Source: Candidatus Parcubacteria bacterium (GTDB taxonomy: Bacteria > Patescibacteriota > Minisyncoccia > Phycocordibacterales > UBA2100). Taken from it: a stretch of DNA of 64,000 bases. The stretch lies in contig QZJK01000011.1 of NCBI GenBank assembly GCA_003599295.1, positions 13,372 to 77,371 of the forward strand, read 5' to 3'. The notes below the pieces were generated by a model, which saw nothing but the letters and a program-made list of their open reading frames with translations, did not search any database and was not told the DNA's origin. The position numbers and the translations under genes are program-made. Positions 1 through 9,194 of the stretch are shown in pieces (position 1 is the first letter of the stretch; each line of letters opens with the position of its first letter).

Positions 1-548
1 TAGAGAAAATTCTCTGCTGCGATCTTCCGGCTTATGCCGCCGACTTTGGTCAAAAGCGGATGGCCTGCACCCATGAGAGCCGCAGCGGGCATGCCGTGGA
101 TGTTCCCCGAAAGAGTCGTCTCGTGCGTATTGGCATCCGGATGCGCGTCTATCCAGATGACGCCGAGCGAACGATGCGCGAGCGCAGCTCCTGCGATAGT
201 GCCTATTGCCATAGAGTGGTCTCCTCCGAGCGCTAAGACGAAATCCCCGTGGCGAGCCGCCTTCTCTACGGCGGCGCAGGAATCGCGGGCGGTCATCGCT
301 ATTTCCTCAAGATATTTCGCCGAACCGGCGCTCGCCGTATACGTCGGCTTCGGACACGCTACCATTTTCGTTTCAGATACGTCGAAATGGAGAGACGTAA
401 TGACTTTCTCGAGCCCCTTATCCAAGAGATAACGCGGTGCTTTCGCGAGCCCGCGTTCATCCGAACCAAGTTCGATGGGAACACCGACGATGCTGACACT
501 ACCGCCCTGGAGTTCGTGCTCGTAGAATGAAAGATTATCTCGTTTCAT
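1..548 (-). CDS. Arginase/agmatinase-family ureohydrolase. It is partial: the ATG is at 548 and the ORF runs off the window start.
   Basis: Manual minus-strand translation gives MKRDNLSFYEHELQGGSVSIVGVPIELGSDERGLAKAPRYL...GGDHSMAIGTI...IWIDAHPDANT. GGDHS and DAHxD are the arginase-family metal-binding motifs. The ORF track omits it because it is truncated at the edge. Confidence 0.65.
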   Translation of the reverse strand, partial: MKRDNLSFYEHELQGGSVSIVGVPIELGSDERGLAKAPRYLLDKGLEKVITSLHFDVSETKMVACPKPTYTASAGSAKYLEEIAMTARDSCAAVEKAARHGDFVLALGGDHSMAIGTIAGAALAHRSLGVIWIDAHPDANTHETTLSGNIHGMPAAALMGAGHPLLTKVGGISRKIAAENFL

Positions 549-668
549 CTCGTTGCCCCAACAATAGCAACTGCGCGCGGGTTGTCCGCTTCCCTGCGGC
601 GAAACTGTGGACAAGGTTCCGCGCCCAAATCTGAATTTCGAGAAAGCGCTTTTGTTATACTCATGTAT

Positions 669-1487
669 ATGAAGACAATCCGTCTGAATGATGCAGCACA
701 TATTCCCGTCATCGGATTGGGTACCTGGAACCTGAACGGAGAAAGCTGCGTTGAAAGTGTCGAGACCGCGCTCACACTCGGATATCGGCACATCGACACG
801 GCTGATGCGTACGGCAATCACCATGAAGTCGCTGAAGGCGTGCGGCGCGCTGGCATCCCGCGCGAGGAACTTTTTATTACAACGAAGCTTCCCTTGAGTA
901 ATGGGTATGCACGAGACACCGTGCTTGCGAGCGGCGAAAGATTTTTAAAAGAACTCGGCATCGAATACATCGACCTTCTTCTCATCCACTGGCCGGATCG
1001 CTCGTATCCTTTCTCTGAAACGCTTGGCGCGATGAACGAACTTAAAACGAAAGGCATGGTGCGTGCCCTCGGCGTATCTAACTTCACGCCGCACCATTTG
1101 GAAGATGCGTTCGCGACGGGAATCGAGATAACGAACAATCAAGTCGAACTGCATCCTTCCTTCAATCAAAAAGTCCTGCGTGAATTCTGTGCGTCGAAAG
1201 GTATCGCAATTACCGCATACTCTCCACTCGGAAGAAAACGGGATCTGGCATTGGCGCTTCTTCTCGAACTCGCAAAAAAATATTCCGCGACACCAGCGCA
1301 AATCGCGCTTAATTGGATTCTTTCGCGCGGTATGATAGCGATACCGAAAAGTTCACATCCGGAGCGTATCAAGGAAAATTTCGAAGCAACATCATTCGTC
1401 ATGGACGAGGCGGATTTGAGGCGCATTGATGAAATGCCCCAAGGCGAACGCATTGTGTGGCCCACATTCGCGGATTTTAAGTACTGA
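669..1487 (+). CDS. Aldo/keto reductase, 2,5-diketo-D-gluconate reductase-like.
   Basis: IPVIGLGTW...HIDTADAYGNH...LIHWP...ALGVSNF...IPKSSHPERIKEN are typical AKR motifs. The start is probably ATG 663 or 669; the upstream part of the 582 ORF has no homology. Confidence 0.85.
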   Translation: MKTIRLNDAAHIPVIGLGTWNLNGESCVESVETALTLGYRHIDTADAYGNHHEVAEGVRRAGIPREELFITTKLPLSNGYARDTVLASGERFLKELGIEYIDLLLIHWPDRSYPFSETLGAMNELKTKGMVRALGVSNFTPHHLEDAFATGIEITNNQVELHPSFNQKVLREFCASKGIAITAYSPLGRKRDLALALLLELAKKYSATPAQIALNWILSRGMIAIPKSSHPERIKENFEATSFVMDEADLRRIDEMPQGERIVWPTFADFKY

Positions 1488-1582
1488 TTGACTTCATTCT
1501 TGTGGGTGCATAAAGTTGAGTGAGAGATTCCACGCCGTGGAATCTTAATGTTCTGATCTCACGTAGAACAGGGAGTGAAAGA

Positions 1583-2446
1583 ATGAACGCAACCTTCAAT
1601 CTTTCCGGGACGTTCGTCGTCATGGGCGTCTTGAACAGCTATTCGCTCGCCTGGCAGATCGCTGAGCGCTTGAGGCGAAGTGGAGCGGATGTCATCGTTA
1701 CGTGCCAGTCATTAGACCTCTTGCCGAACGTCAAGAAGCTCGGTGAGAAGGTCGGGATCCGCTCGATATTCGTCTGCGACATGGAGAAATCGGAAGACAT
1801 GGATGCGTTCTTCGCGGAACTTGCGAATCACGCACCCATCGCCGGTTTCGTGCACGGAGCGGCCTATTCAGATCCCAAGGAACTAACGGGCCGCCTCGTC
1901 GACATGTCGCGCGACAACTTCGTGCGCACAATGGTCGTATCCTGCTACACGTTCCTCGACTGCTGCAGGCGCGTGGAACCGCTCATGGAGAACGGTGGCA
2001 AGATACTGACACTTACCTTCGGAGCGTCGCTTGCGAGTTGCGACAACTACAACGGCATGGGGCTTGCGAAAGCGGCTCTTGAGGCTGCTGTACGTGCCGC
2101 CGCGCGCGATTTCGGCGGACGAGAGATCGCAGTAAACGCGTTGTCACCCACAACGATGCGGACGGCGGCGGCACGTTCCGTCAAGGATCCATATCCGCTT
2201 GCCTACACGTGGATCGCAACCTCTCTTTTCGGACGAATCACCAAGCCGGAGGAAGTCGCGGCATGGGGAGCCTTCCTCCTCAGTCCGTTGAGCGACGGAA
2301 TGACCGGGGAGGTCGTCTATATCGACTGTGGAAAACGCAGTTCGGGCATGCCGCCGAAGCGTCATGCGCATCTTGTCGCCGAGATGAATGGAAAATACAA
2401 TCCAAGTAGTGCCACGACAAGTGCGGCAGCGACAACGGGCGAATAG
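1583..2446 (+). CDS. fabI: Enoyl-[acyl-carrier-protein] reductase (NADH), FabI-like SDR.
   Basis: LSGTFVVMGVLNSYSLAWQIAERL, NALSPTTMRTAAA and GEVVYIDCG align with FabI signature regions. RBS gggagtg lies before ATG 1583. Confidence 0.7.
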   Translation: MNATFNLSGTFVVMGVLNSYSLAWQIAERLRRSGADVIVTCQSLDLLPNVKKLGEKVGIRSIFVCDMEKSEDMDAFFAELANHAPIAGFVHGAAYSDPKELTGRLVDMSRDNFVRTMVVSCYTFLDCCRRVEPLMENGGKILTLTFGASLASCDNYNGMGLAKAALEAAVRAAARDFGGREIAVNALSPTTMRTAAARSVKDPYPLAYTWIATSLFGRITKPEEVAAWGAFLLSPLSDGMTGEVVYIDCGKRSSGMPPKRHAHLVAEMNGKYNPSSATTSAAATTGE

Positions 2447-2457
2447 CGGAGGAAGAC

Positions 2458-2700
2458 ATGTCTACCAGCAACCTTCTCTCGGCGGAGCTGACGAGGACGC
2501 TCAACGAGTTGCTGATCGCAGCCCGGAAGGCCCAACTCTCAGTCACCGAGGCAACAAGGAAGATCTCGGAACAACTCGAGGACTTGGGATTGGACCGAGG
2601 CTTCGTCATCGTCGAAGAACTCGTTATCACTCCAGGTCTTCAGGGAGCAAGGGTGGTTCTTCAGTTCCTCGGCGGAACTGAAGAAACTATCACGGTGTGA
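2458..2700 (+). CDS. Hypothetical small protein, 80 aa.
   Basis: Good RBS ggaggaagac before the ATG and host-like GC. No recognisable motif. Confidence 0.4.
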   Translation: MSTSNLLSAELTRTLNELLIAARKAQLSVTEATRKISEQLEDLGLDRGFVIVEELVITPGLQGARVVLQFLGGTEETITV

Positions 2701-2715
2701 CCGTGACTCGATATC

Positions 2716-2749
2716 GGCCGCGGCAGGGTTCTATCCCCGCCGCGGCGAC
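2716..2749 (+). terminator. GC-rich hairpin cggccgcggc-N14-gccgcggcg followed by acttcttta. Possibly the terminator of the 2458-2700 gene and/or the island boundary.
   Basis: Palindrome read directly from sequence. Its loop, agggttctatcccc, resembles a tRNA T-loop. Confidence 0.3.
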
Positions 2750-2930
2750 TTCTTTATGCCGGGAAGCGCAATAAGAGAAACTGCGAATCTATGACCCAAG
2801 TGGGACAGAATTGGAACCAGCTTATCACAGAGCTAAATCAGTGGCACCAGTTTGGCCGCGATTATGAGAATGCCTGCTTATCAGGCAAAAAACAGGCATT
2901 GGAGTTGGCCAGATGAAGTGCCTTTAGGGA

Positions 2931-3287
2931 TTAGAACAAAAGAGAAAGTAAAGAAAGGGCGGCTGCAACAACGGCAGTAACCAACCCCACAAAACCAATC
3001 GGCTCTTTATAAAAATGCTTGCGAATGAAACCGCCCCAACTATCGCCCAGTGCAAATAAATATTCCGCCTCATCCGTTAAGAAAAGTCGCGATTCATTGG
3101 AAAGTTGTTGTCCAAGCCGGTTATTTGTTCGTATCCAATTCCCATCCGCTTCTCTTAATCGGTCATATATCACTTCTTCCCCAACTTTAAGGCCTCGGGA
3201 GACTTCTTTCTTCGTGGTGTTCAAATCAATACCTCTATGAGACTTAAGATACGTATAAATCTCTTTGTCTATTTCATTGGTTTTCAC
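2931..3287 (-). CDS. Hypothetical tail-anchored membrane protein, island-borne. Possible GTG/TTG start.
   Basis: AT-rich ORF with a C-terminal hydrophobic helix (GFVGLVTAVVAAALSLLSLLF). The longer ORF to 3527 would overlap the opposing 3327 ORF. Confidence 0.3.
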   Translation of the reverse strand: MKTNEIDKEIYTYLKSHRGIDLNTTKKEVSRGLKVGEEVIYDRLREADGNWIRTNNRLGQQLSNESRLFLTDEAEYLFALGDSWGGFIRKHFYKEPIGFVGLVTAVVAAALSLLSLLF

Positions 3288-3326
3288 ATACAACACAGTA
3301 AATGATAAAATGATTCTTATCAAACC

Positions 3327-3701
3327 ATGAGAGGCGGATATAGGGCAGGAGCGGGGCGGAAAAAGGGGTTCGCTGCAAAAAATGCAGAAGAAGCTCGAAA
3401 GTATCTTTCCGAACGAGTGGCGGAGGAAATTGAGCCCATCACCACTAGCCTGATAAACAGGGCAAAAACAGGCGATATACGCGCCATCCATGAGCTTCTT
3501 GATCGCGCATGGGGTCGCCCGACACAAGCAATACAGATTACCTCCGAACGCTTGCCGGTGCCAATAATGGGATTACATTTCGAGAAGATGTCTGACGAAG
3601 ACCTTCATCAATACGCTCTGACGGATGATGAGCGTGCTATGCTCGAAAGGCGGTTACTCCCCTCGAAAACGCGGGAAAAGACGCCGTCCACTGCGGATTG
3701 A
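3327..3701 (+). CDS. Hypothetical basic protein, island-borne.
   Basis: 124-aa ORF (MRGGYRAGAGRKKGF...) with no recognisable catalytic motif. Possibly a DNA-binding or phage-like protein. Confidence 0.35.
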   Translation: MRGGYRAGAGRKKGFAAKNAEEARKYLSERVAEEIEPITTSLINRAKTGDIRAIHELLDRAWGRPTQAIQITSERLPVPIMGLHFEKMSDEDLHQYALTDDERAMLERRLLPSKTREKTPSTAD

Positions 3702-3961
3702 GCATAAACATCACAAAGGTGGCGCAAGAAGAATTCCGGTGCTAGTCTGATAAGCACAGGTTGAATATTGGCTCGTGAGAGCAAGACCTAAACCATCGCT
3801 TCGGCGGTGGCATGGTCGGGTAGACCGGTAAAGGACAGAAAACCCGTTGTGGGAACTGCCTTTACCGGCCATGTCGGGAAACCGGCGTGGATGGGGCTTC
3901 GGCTCCGTCAACCCGCAGCGGGCTTTGTGTTTTATCGGATAAAGTGATAAATAGATTGCGT

Positions 3962-4807
3962 ATGTTCGACTTTTTCCAAGCTATATTCGCAAAAATAACC
4001 TCATTTGTAGTTGGGGTCGTTATGGCCACTGGGTTAGTTCCCCCTCCTACAGCTCAACCATTGGCGACATCTACGGAACAGGTAGCTCTAGAGGTCATTC
4101 AAGAAGAAAGCGCTACAAGCTCACAGTCCGCCTCAGATCCTGAAGGATTTGGAAAAGAAACAAAAGAGGATGAAGAGGATGCCGACCTAAAAGCGGAGGC
4201 TGAGCGACTTAGAGCTGAACGAGACAGAGCAGAGGCGGCTAGAGCTAAGGCGGATGCGGCACGCGCGAAAGCTGAACAGATACAAATTCTTAACGACACG
4301 GCAAATAAGCTACAGAGCGATTTAGAAAAGACCCTTGCTGAAGAGGAGGCCAAAAAAGCTACTCTCGAAAAAGAGAAACGCGAGGAAGAAACGGCAACTC
4401 ATCAAACTGAGTCGGAAACTAATCTTGCAGAGCAGGAGCGGATGAAGAAGATAGATGAGATTCAAAAAGAATATCTCCTCAAAATTAATGCGCTGGAGAA
4501 GCAGTTGCTTGAACTCGGATTCTTCGACGGCAGAGAAAGAGACATCATTGATATCTACGAAAAATACATGTATTCAGTCCCCGAAGAAGTTAAAGCCGGT
4601 CTCGGATACATTCCTAGTAAGTATCAGTTAAGCGCAGTGACAAGGATATACGTGGCCGCCGAGAATAGAGATAAAACACTGGTGCAGGACAAGCATTACT
4701 CGCTACTCAGTGCTATCAAGGAAGCATTGGGTTCGGTAAAAAGAGAGGTGCGAGATGAAATCAACTTCTTGCAGAATGAGAAGGACAGAAAGATTTTAGA
4801 GGCTTAG
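3962..4807 (+). CDS. Membrane-anchored coiled-coil protein.
   Basis: N-terminal TM helix (FAKITSFVVGVVMATGLV) followed by a long Ala/Glu/Lys-rich heptad-like region (AEAERLRAERDRAEAARAKADAARAKAEQ). Confidence 0.5.
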   Translation: MFDFFQAIFAKITSFVVGVVMATGLVPPPTAQPLATSTEQVALEVIQEESATSSQSASDPEGFGKETKEDEEDADLKAEAERLRAERDRAEAARAKADAARAKAEQIQILNDTANKLQSDLEKTLAEEEAKKATLEKEKREEETATHQTESETNLAEQERMKKIDEIQKEYLLKINALEKQLLELGFFDGRERDIIDIYEKYMYSVPEEVKAGLGYIPSKYQLSAVTRIYVAAENRDKTLVQDKHYSLLSAIKEALGSVKREVRDEINFLQNEKDRKILEA

Positions 4808-5219
4808 GAGCTTGTGCACACGGACATACAGCCCCGATAACTTTATTGACTTTACCTGTTTGTGCGATATGCTTTTACATAGTTCTTTTCATTCAAATAT
4901 AACTTGTGATGGCATGATGGGTTAGAGCTGAAAAGACACATCCTGTCGTCGCGAGAGTCCAACGAATGCGGTTCGTCAACAGAGGCAAGCCAGAATTTTT
5001 GGCTGACACACCTATAACTGGTGGTAAAAACGCTGTGAGAAGCAGCTTTAACTTCTCGAGGTTGTTTTGGGGTTATCAGTTCCTCTCAAAAAATGGAGTA
5101 GGCACCTCTGAGGCAGAAATGTGTTGAGTTGGTAATTCGATAGCATGCTTTTTGAGCGTGCCCATATTGAGTTACCAATTCGACACATCGTAAGATTTAG
5201 GTAACACATAAAGGCAGAG

Positions 5220-5244
5220 AAGCGGCTATCGATGCCGCTTTTTT
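5220..5244 (+). terminator. Rho-independent terminator: aagcggc-tatcgat-gccgctt followed by TTTTTT.
   Basis: Perfect 7-bp stem plus a T6 run, read directly. Confidence 0.55.
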
Positions 5245-5349
5245 GTTTGCGGCATCCTTCCACAAGCGAAGCCCTCTTTTGGGTTGGCAGTCTCATGGAA
5301 GGAGCTGCCAAGCCAATAGCGGGCTTTATCAATTATTAGTAGCCACAAT

Positions 5350-5571
5350 ATGCTTGGAAAAGTAAAGTCCATAGTCATTTTTGCTCCCAAGAAGCGGCGG
5401 ATCAACATCGAGGTCAATGGTGTCATTGCGAAGACGTTCATAGTCGATGGTTATGGGAACAGTAAACGGTGGGAAAAGGTAAGCGTGGGAGACCTGTTAG
5501 ATGGGCTCGATTGGGCTGAGGAAGAATCTCGCATCATAGACGCTGATTCCAAAATCACCGTTCTTAAATAG
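5350..5571 (+). CDS. Hypothetical 73-aa protein directly upstream of the recombinase.
   Basis: ORF only. Its position is reminiscent of a directionality factor, but there is no sequence support. Confidence 0.25.
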   Translation: MLGKVKSIVIFAPKKRRINIEVNGVIAKTFIVDGYGNSKRWEKVSVGDLLDGLDWAEEESRIIDADSKITVLK

Positions 5572-5765
5572 TCCCATGATTAGTGTCGAGAAGTGCAGGG
5601 AACTATTGGGCGATGAGAGCCTCACAGACGAGCAAATTGAGGCTCTCAGAACCGATTTATACGAGATGGCGCAACTTGCCTTCGAGACGTGGGTGCACGA
5701 AAAATACGGTTCCAAATATCCCATTGGGTCATTGCCGGATTCACTATGAGCGCTACAGTTTAGCT

Positions 5766-7295
5766 ATGGGGAATGAAGGTCAAAAAACAAGTATCATTTA
5801 CGCAAGAGTCTCTTCATGGGAGCAGGTTTCGAACACCAGCCTTGAACGGCAAGTGCGCGAATGCAGAGAGTATGCGGAGCGGAACGGTATCACTATCATC
5901 GCGGAGCCGTTCATTGAGGAGGGCGAGTCTGCAAAGAGCGCAGACAGAACTCAGTTCCAAAAAGCACTGAGCTTTTGCGCTACCAAGAAAAACAAAGTTG
6001 GATATTTAATCGTGCACAAAGTAGACCGCTTCGCTCGCAATCAAGACGATCATGTTGCCACACGGGCATTTCTCAAACGATACGGAGTGCAACTACGCTC
6101 AGTGATGGAACCGATAGACGAGAGCACAATCGGACGACTTCAAGAGGGTATCCTCTCGGTGTTTGCGGAGTTCGATAACAATGTGCGAGCGGAGAGAAGC
6201 AAAAACGGGATGATAGAGAAAGTGAAGAAAGGCATTTGGGTATGGAGGCCTCCACTTGGCTACAAACGACTCACTAAAGGCGGCAACATCGTGCCTGAGG
6301 AAGAAACAGCCCATTACATCCAGCTGATATTCGAGGAATATAGCAAAGGCACTTATAGTTTTCAGGCGTTGTCCGATTTCATGGAAAAACGTGGATTCAG
6401 GACGAGCACCGGTAAAAAACCGTGCGCACAACTCATGGAAAAGATTCTTCGCAACCCTGCTTACTTCGGAACGATTCGAGCGTGGGGGCATGAGATTCGG
6501 GGTGCATTTCCTGCAATAGTTAGTGAGGAGTTGTATTGGAAGTGTCAGCCGGAGTTGCGCAGCAGGTTTGCCATAGTAAATCGTAGTATCACCAATCCGG
6601 CATTTCCTCTCCGCAAGTTCACAATTTGCCCTGAGTGCGGCCGCCCGCTTACAGGAAGCTTCTCCACCGGCAGAAAAGGAATGAAATACCCTTACTATCA
6701 TCACCAGAAGCAATCATGCTCTGCTGCGTCGTTTATCCCGAAGGAAACGCTGGAACAGCACTTCGTAGAGTTCCTACAAGAAATTAGTCCGCGTGCGCGG
6801 AACGAGAGGCTATTTAAGGCAGTTGTCGTTGATTTATGGCAAAAGAATTACAAGAAGTTGGATGAGGACAACGTGCGTGTCCGTAGGGAGATAGAATGGC
6901 TTGAGGCAGAACGTCAGCGGGTTTTTGATATGCACCGCACTGGCAAATATTCGGATGACGAGTTTTTAGAGCAGAAGCACCTTGTAAACATTCAGATTCA
7001 GCAAAAGAAGAATCTACTCGATGATAAGCGCATTGAGGAGTTCAACATGGACGAAGCACTTACCTATTGCTTCAACTACGTGCGCGAAAGTGGCAAGACA
7101 TGGAAACGGCTTGAGAAGGTTCCGGCGATACGTGTGCGGTTCCAAAAAGCCGCGTTCCCTGAAAAAGTGACTTTTGACGGCAAGAAATTTGGAACCAAGA
7201 AAATGTCGCTCGTTTACGAGCTGAATCAGGGGAAGAACCCCAAAAAATCTCAGATGGTGACCCTATCGGGAATCGAACCCGAGTTAACAGCTTGA
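5766..7295 (+). CDS. Large serine recombinase (resolvase/integrase family).
   Basis: N-terminal resolvase catalytic region IIYARVSS..Q..SLERQ. Then DRFARN, a recombinase domain and a zinc-ribbon (CPECGRP...). The last ~13 codons are antisense of tRNA-Glu, so the true C-terminus may be slightly different. Confidence 0.85.
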   Translation: MGNEGQKTSIIYARVSSWEQVSNTSLERQVRECREYAERNGITIIAEPFIEEGESAKSADRTQFQKALSFCATKKNKVGYLIVHKVDRFARNQDDHVATRAFLKRYGVQLRSVMEPIDESTIGRLQEGILSVFAEFDNNVRAERSKNGMIEKVKKGIWVWRPPLGYKRLTKGGNIVPEEETAHYIQLIFEEYSKGTYSFQALSDFMEKRGFRTSTGKKPCAQLMEKILRNPAYFGTIRAWGHEIRGAFPAIVSEELYWKCQPELRSRFAIVNRSITNPAFPLRKFTICPECGRPLTGSFSTGRKGMKYPYYHHQKQSCSAASFIPKETLEQHFVEFLQEISPRARNERLFKAVVVDLWQKNYKKLDEDNVRVRREIEWLEAERQRVFDMHRTGKYSDDEFLEQKHLVNIQIQQKKNLLDDKRIEEFNMDEALTYCFNYVRESGKTWKRLEKVPAIRVRFQKAAFPEKVTFDGKKFGTKKMSLVYELNQGKNPKKSQMVTLSGIEPELTA

Positions 7296-7329
7296 AAAGC
7301 TGCTGTCCTAACCACTAGACGATAGGGCC
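7255..7329 (-). tRNA. tRNA-Glu, anticodon TTC, CCA encoded.
   Basis: Minus-strand sequence GGCCCTATCGTCTAGTGGTTAGGACAGCAGCTTTTCAAGCTGTTAACTCGGGTTCGATTCCCGATAGGGTCACCA folds as a cloverleaf with anticodon loop TTTTCAA. Confidence 0.8.
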
Positions 7330-7410
7330 GTCTTTTCCATGACGGAAAAGGTGCAAGCATCATACGTTTTTTTGGAGGACTTGGCAAAAAATGCTAGTGT
7401 TTCTGTGTTT

Positions 7411-7497
7411 GGAAGCGTGGCTGAGTGGTCGAAGGCACCGCACTCGAAATGCGGCATGGGGGAAACTCCATCGGAGGTTCGAATCCTCCCGCTTCCG
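7411..7497 (+). tRNA. tRNA-Ser, anticodon CGA, with long variable arm.
   Basis: GGAAGCGTGGCTGAGTGGTCGAAGGCACCGCACTCGAAATGCGG...GGAGGTTCGAATCCTCCCGCTTCCG. Anticodon stem is ccgca/tgcgg with loop ctCGAaa. Confidence 0.8.
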
Positions 7498-7508
7498 CAG
7501 CAATAGTT

Positions 7509-9179
7509 TTATTTCCGTTTAGAAACCCTTTCAATCGCCGCTTTGATGAATGCGGTAAAAAGCGGGTGCGGTGAGAGCGGGCGGGCACGAAGTTCCGGAT
7601 GGAATTGAGTGCCAACCATAAATGGATGCGCGTCTTTCGGAAGCTCTGCTATCTCCATGAGCTTACCGTCCTGCCAGCGTCCTGAAAATACGAGTCCCGC
7701 CTTCTCGAGCTGCTCCACATACTTGGGATTTATCTCATAGCGATGACGGTGGCGTTCGGACACTTCCTTTTCCCCATACGCTTCACGGACGATGCTCCCC
7801 TCTTTGAGGATGCATGGATACGCGCCGAGACGCATCGAGCCGCCGTAGTCTTTCCGCGCAAGCTTCTCTTTCTGATCCGGAAGGATGTCTATGACCGGAT
7901 GCGGTGTTTTCTCGTTTATTTCCGTCGTATTCGCGTCCTTGAGTCCCGCGGCATTCCGCGCATATTCAATGACCAGCATGTGGAGCCCGTAGCAAAGGCC
8001 GAAATACGGGATTTTATTCTCGCGAGCGAACTGTGCCGTTCGTATCTTTCCCTCGATACCCGTCTCGCCGAATCCGCCGGGGACGATGATACCGTCGTAC
8101 TCGGCAAGCGATTCTACGGGAAGTTTTCCGCTCTCGATATCTTTCGCGTTTATCCACGCTATCTCCGGTTTGTATTTCAAACTGTACGCAGAGAACTTGA
8201 TGGCCTCGATGACAGAGAGGTACGCATCGGAAAGAACGAAATCTCCCGTATCAAAATACTTACCGACGATGCCTATCTTCACCGTTCCGTTCCCGTTGTG
8301 CGCGTGCTCCGCGAATTTCTTCCACACCGAAAGATCCGCCGGCGGTGCATCTTCTTTCCCGAGCGCTTCCAAAAGAGTGTCGGAGAGCTTGTCTCGTTCG
8401 AAATTGAGCGGCACGTCATAGATGGATTCCACGTCCGGCGCGGAGATGATGCGGTCTGCGGGTACGTTGCACCAAATCGCCAATTTTTCTTTTCGCTTCC
8501 TATCCAACAGATGCGTGGAGCGAGCGATGATGACATCCGGTTGTACCCCGTACGAATTCAGCATGCGTACCGCGTTCTGCGTCGGCTTCGTTTTCATTTC
8601 GCCGAGCGCCCCTGGTACGGGCAAGTAGGAAACCATGACGAACAGCACGTCTTCGGGGTCAAGCAGGTGCATGACGCGCGCCGCCTCGATGAAAAGTGCG
8701 TTCTGAAAATCGCCGATGGTACCGCCTATCTCAATGACCGACACATCCGACTTCGATGCCGCAGCGGCGCGCTTTAAACGGTCGGTTATCTCATCGCGCA
8801 CGTGCGGTATCGCTTCCACGCACTTTCCTCCGTAATCCAAATTGCGTTCGCGCTCGATAACGGAGCGATACACCATGCCGCTCGTCATGTAGTCGTCGGG
8901 ACCAAGATCGCGGTCGAGAAAGCGTTCGTAGTTCCCCATGTCTTGGTCCGTCTCAAGACCCGAATCCAAGACGAATACTTCCCCGTGCTCAATGGGGTTC
9001 ATGGTGCCCGCATCCACGTTGAGATACGGATCGACTTTCACGAGATTTACCGAGAGTCCGCGCGCGGTCAGAAGTTTTCCTATCGAAGCGGTCGCAATGC
9101 CTTTGCCGACGCCGGACATGACACCGCCGATGACAAAGATGTATTTATGCCCATCTTTTTTGCGCGCACGCACTGCCAT
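7509..9179 (-). CDS. pyrG: CTP synthase.
   Basis: N-terminus KYIFVIGGVMSGVGKGI, a glutamine amidotransferase region and a full-length 556-aa ORF. Confidence 0.95.
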   Translation of the reverse strand: MAVRARKKDGHKYIFVIGGVMSGVGKGIATASIGKLLTARGLSVNLVKVDPYLNVDAGTMNPIEHGEVFVLDSGLETDQDMGNYERFLDRDLGPDDYMTSGMVYRSVIERERNLDYGGKCVEAIPHVRDEITDRLKRAAAASKSDVSVIEIGGTIGDFQNALFIEAARVMHLLDPEDVLFVMVSYLPVPGALGEMKTKPTQNAVRMLNSYGVQPDVIIARSTHLLDRKRKEKLAIWCNVPADRIISAPDVESIYDVPLNFERDKLSDTLLEALGKEDAPPADLSVWKKFAEHAHNGNGTVKIGIVGKYFDTGDFVLSDAYLSVIEAIKFSAYSLKYKPEIAWINAKDIESGKLPVESLAEYDGIIVPGGFGETGIEGKIRTAQFARENKIPYFGLCYGLHMLVIEYARNAAGLKDANTTEINEKTPHPVIDILPDQKEKLARKDYGGSMRLGAYPCILKEGSIVREAYGEKEVSERHRHRYEINPKYVEQLEKAGLVFSGRWQDGKLMEIAELPKDAHPFMVGTQFHPELRARPLSPHPLFTAFIKAAIERVSKRK

Positions 9180-9194
9180 ACGAACTCTACTGTA

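Larger units (their letters stand above)
2701..7254. mobile_element. Putative integrated genomic island with visibly lower GC. It encodes a large serine recombinase and abuts tRNA-Glu.
   Basis: GC drops by eye from about 58% to about 42-48% between about 2750 and 7250. Contents are hypothetical, coiled-coil and serine-recombinase genes. It ends at the 3' end of tRNA-Glu (7255). Confidence 0.45.

Noticed and set aside
545-817. 90-aa minus-strand ORF.
   Set aside because: It overlaps the aldo/keto reductase on the opposite strand with no support.
1520-1582. N-terminal extension of fabI (MRDSTPWNLNVLISRRTGSER).
   Set aside because: No homology to FabI and no RBS. The RBS-supported ATG is at 1583.
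7255-7295. C-terminal 13 residues of the serine recombinase (TLSGIEPELTA).
   Set aside because: These codons are just the antisense of tRNA-Glu. The real stop or att junction is probably at or before 7255; I kept the ORF coordinates but flagged the overlap.
7743-8777. 344-aa plus-strand ORF.
   Set aside because: Antisense of pyrG (CTP synthase), which is unambiguous.
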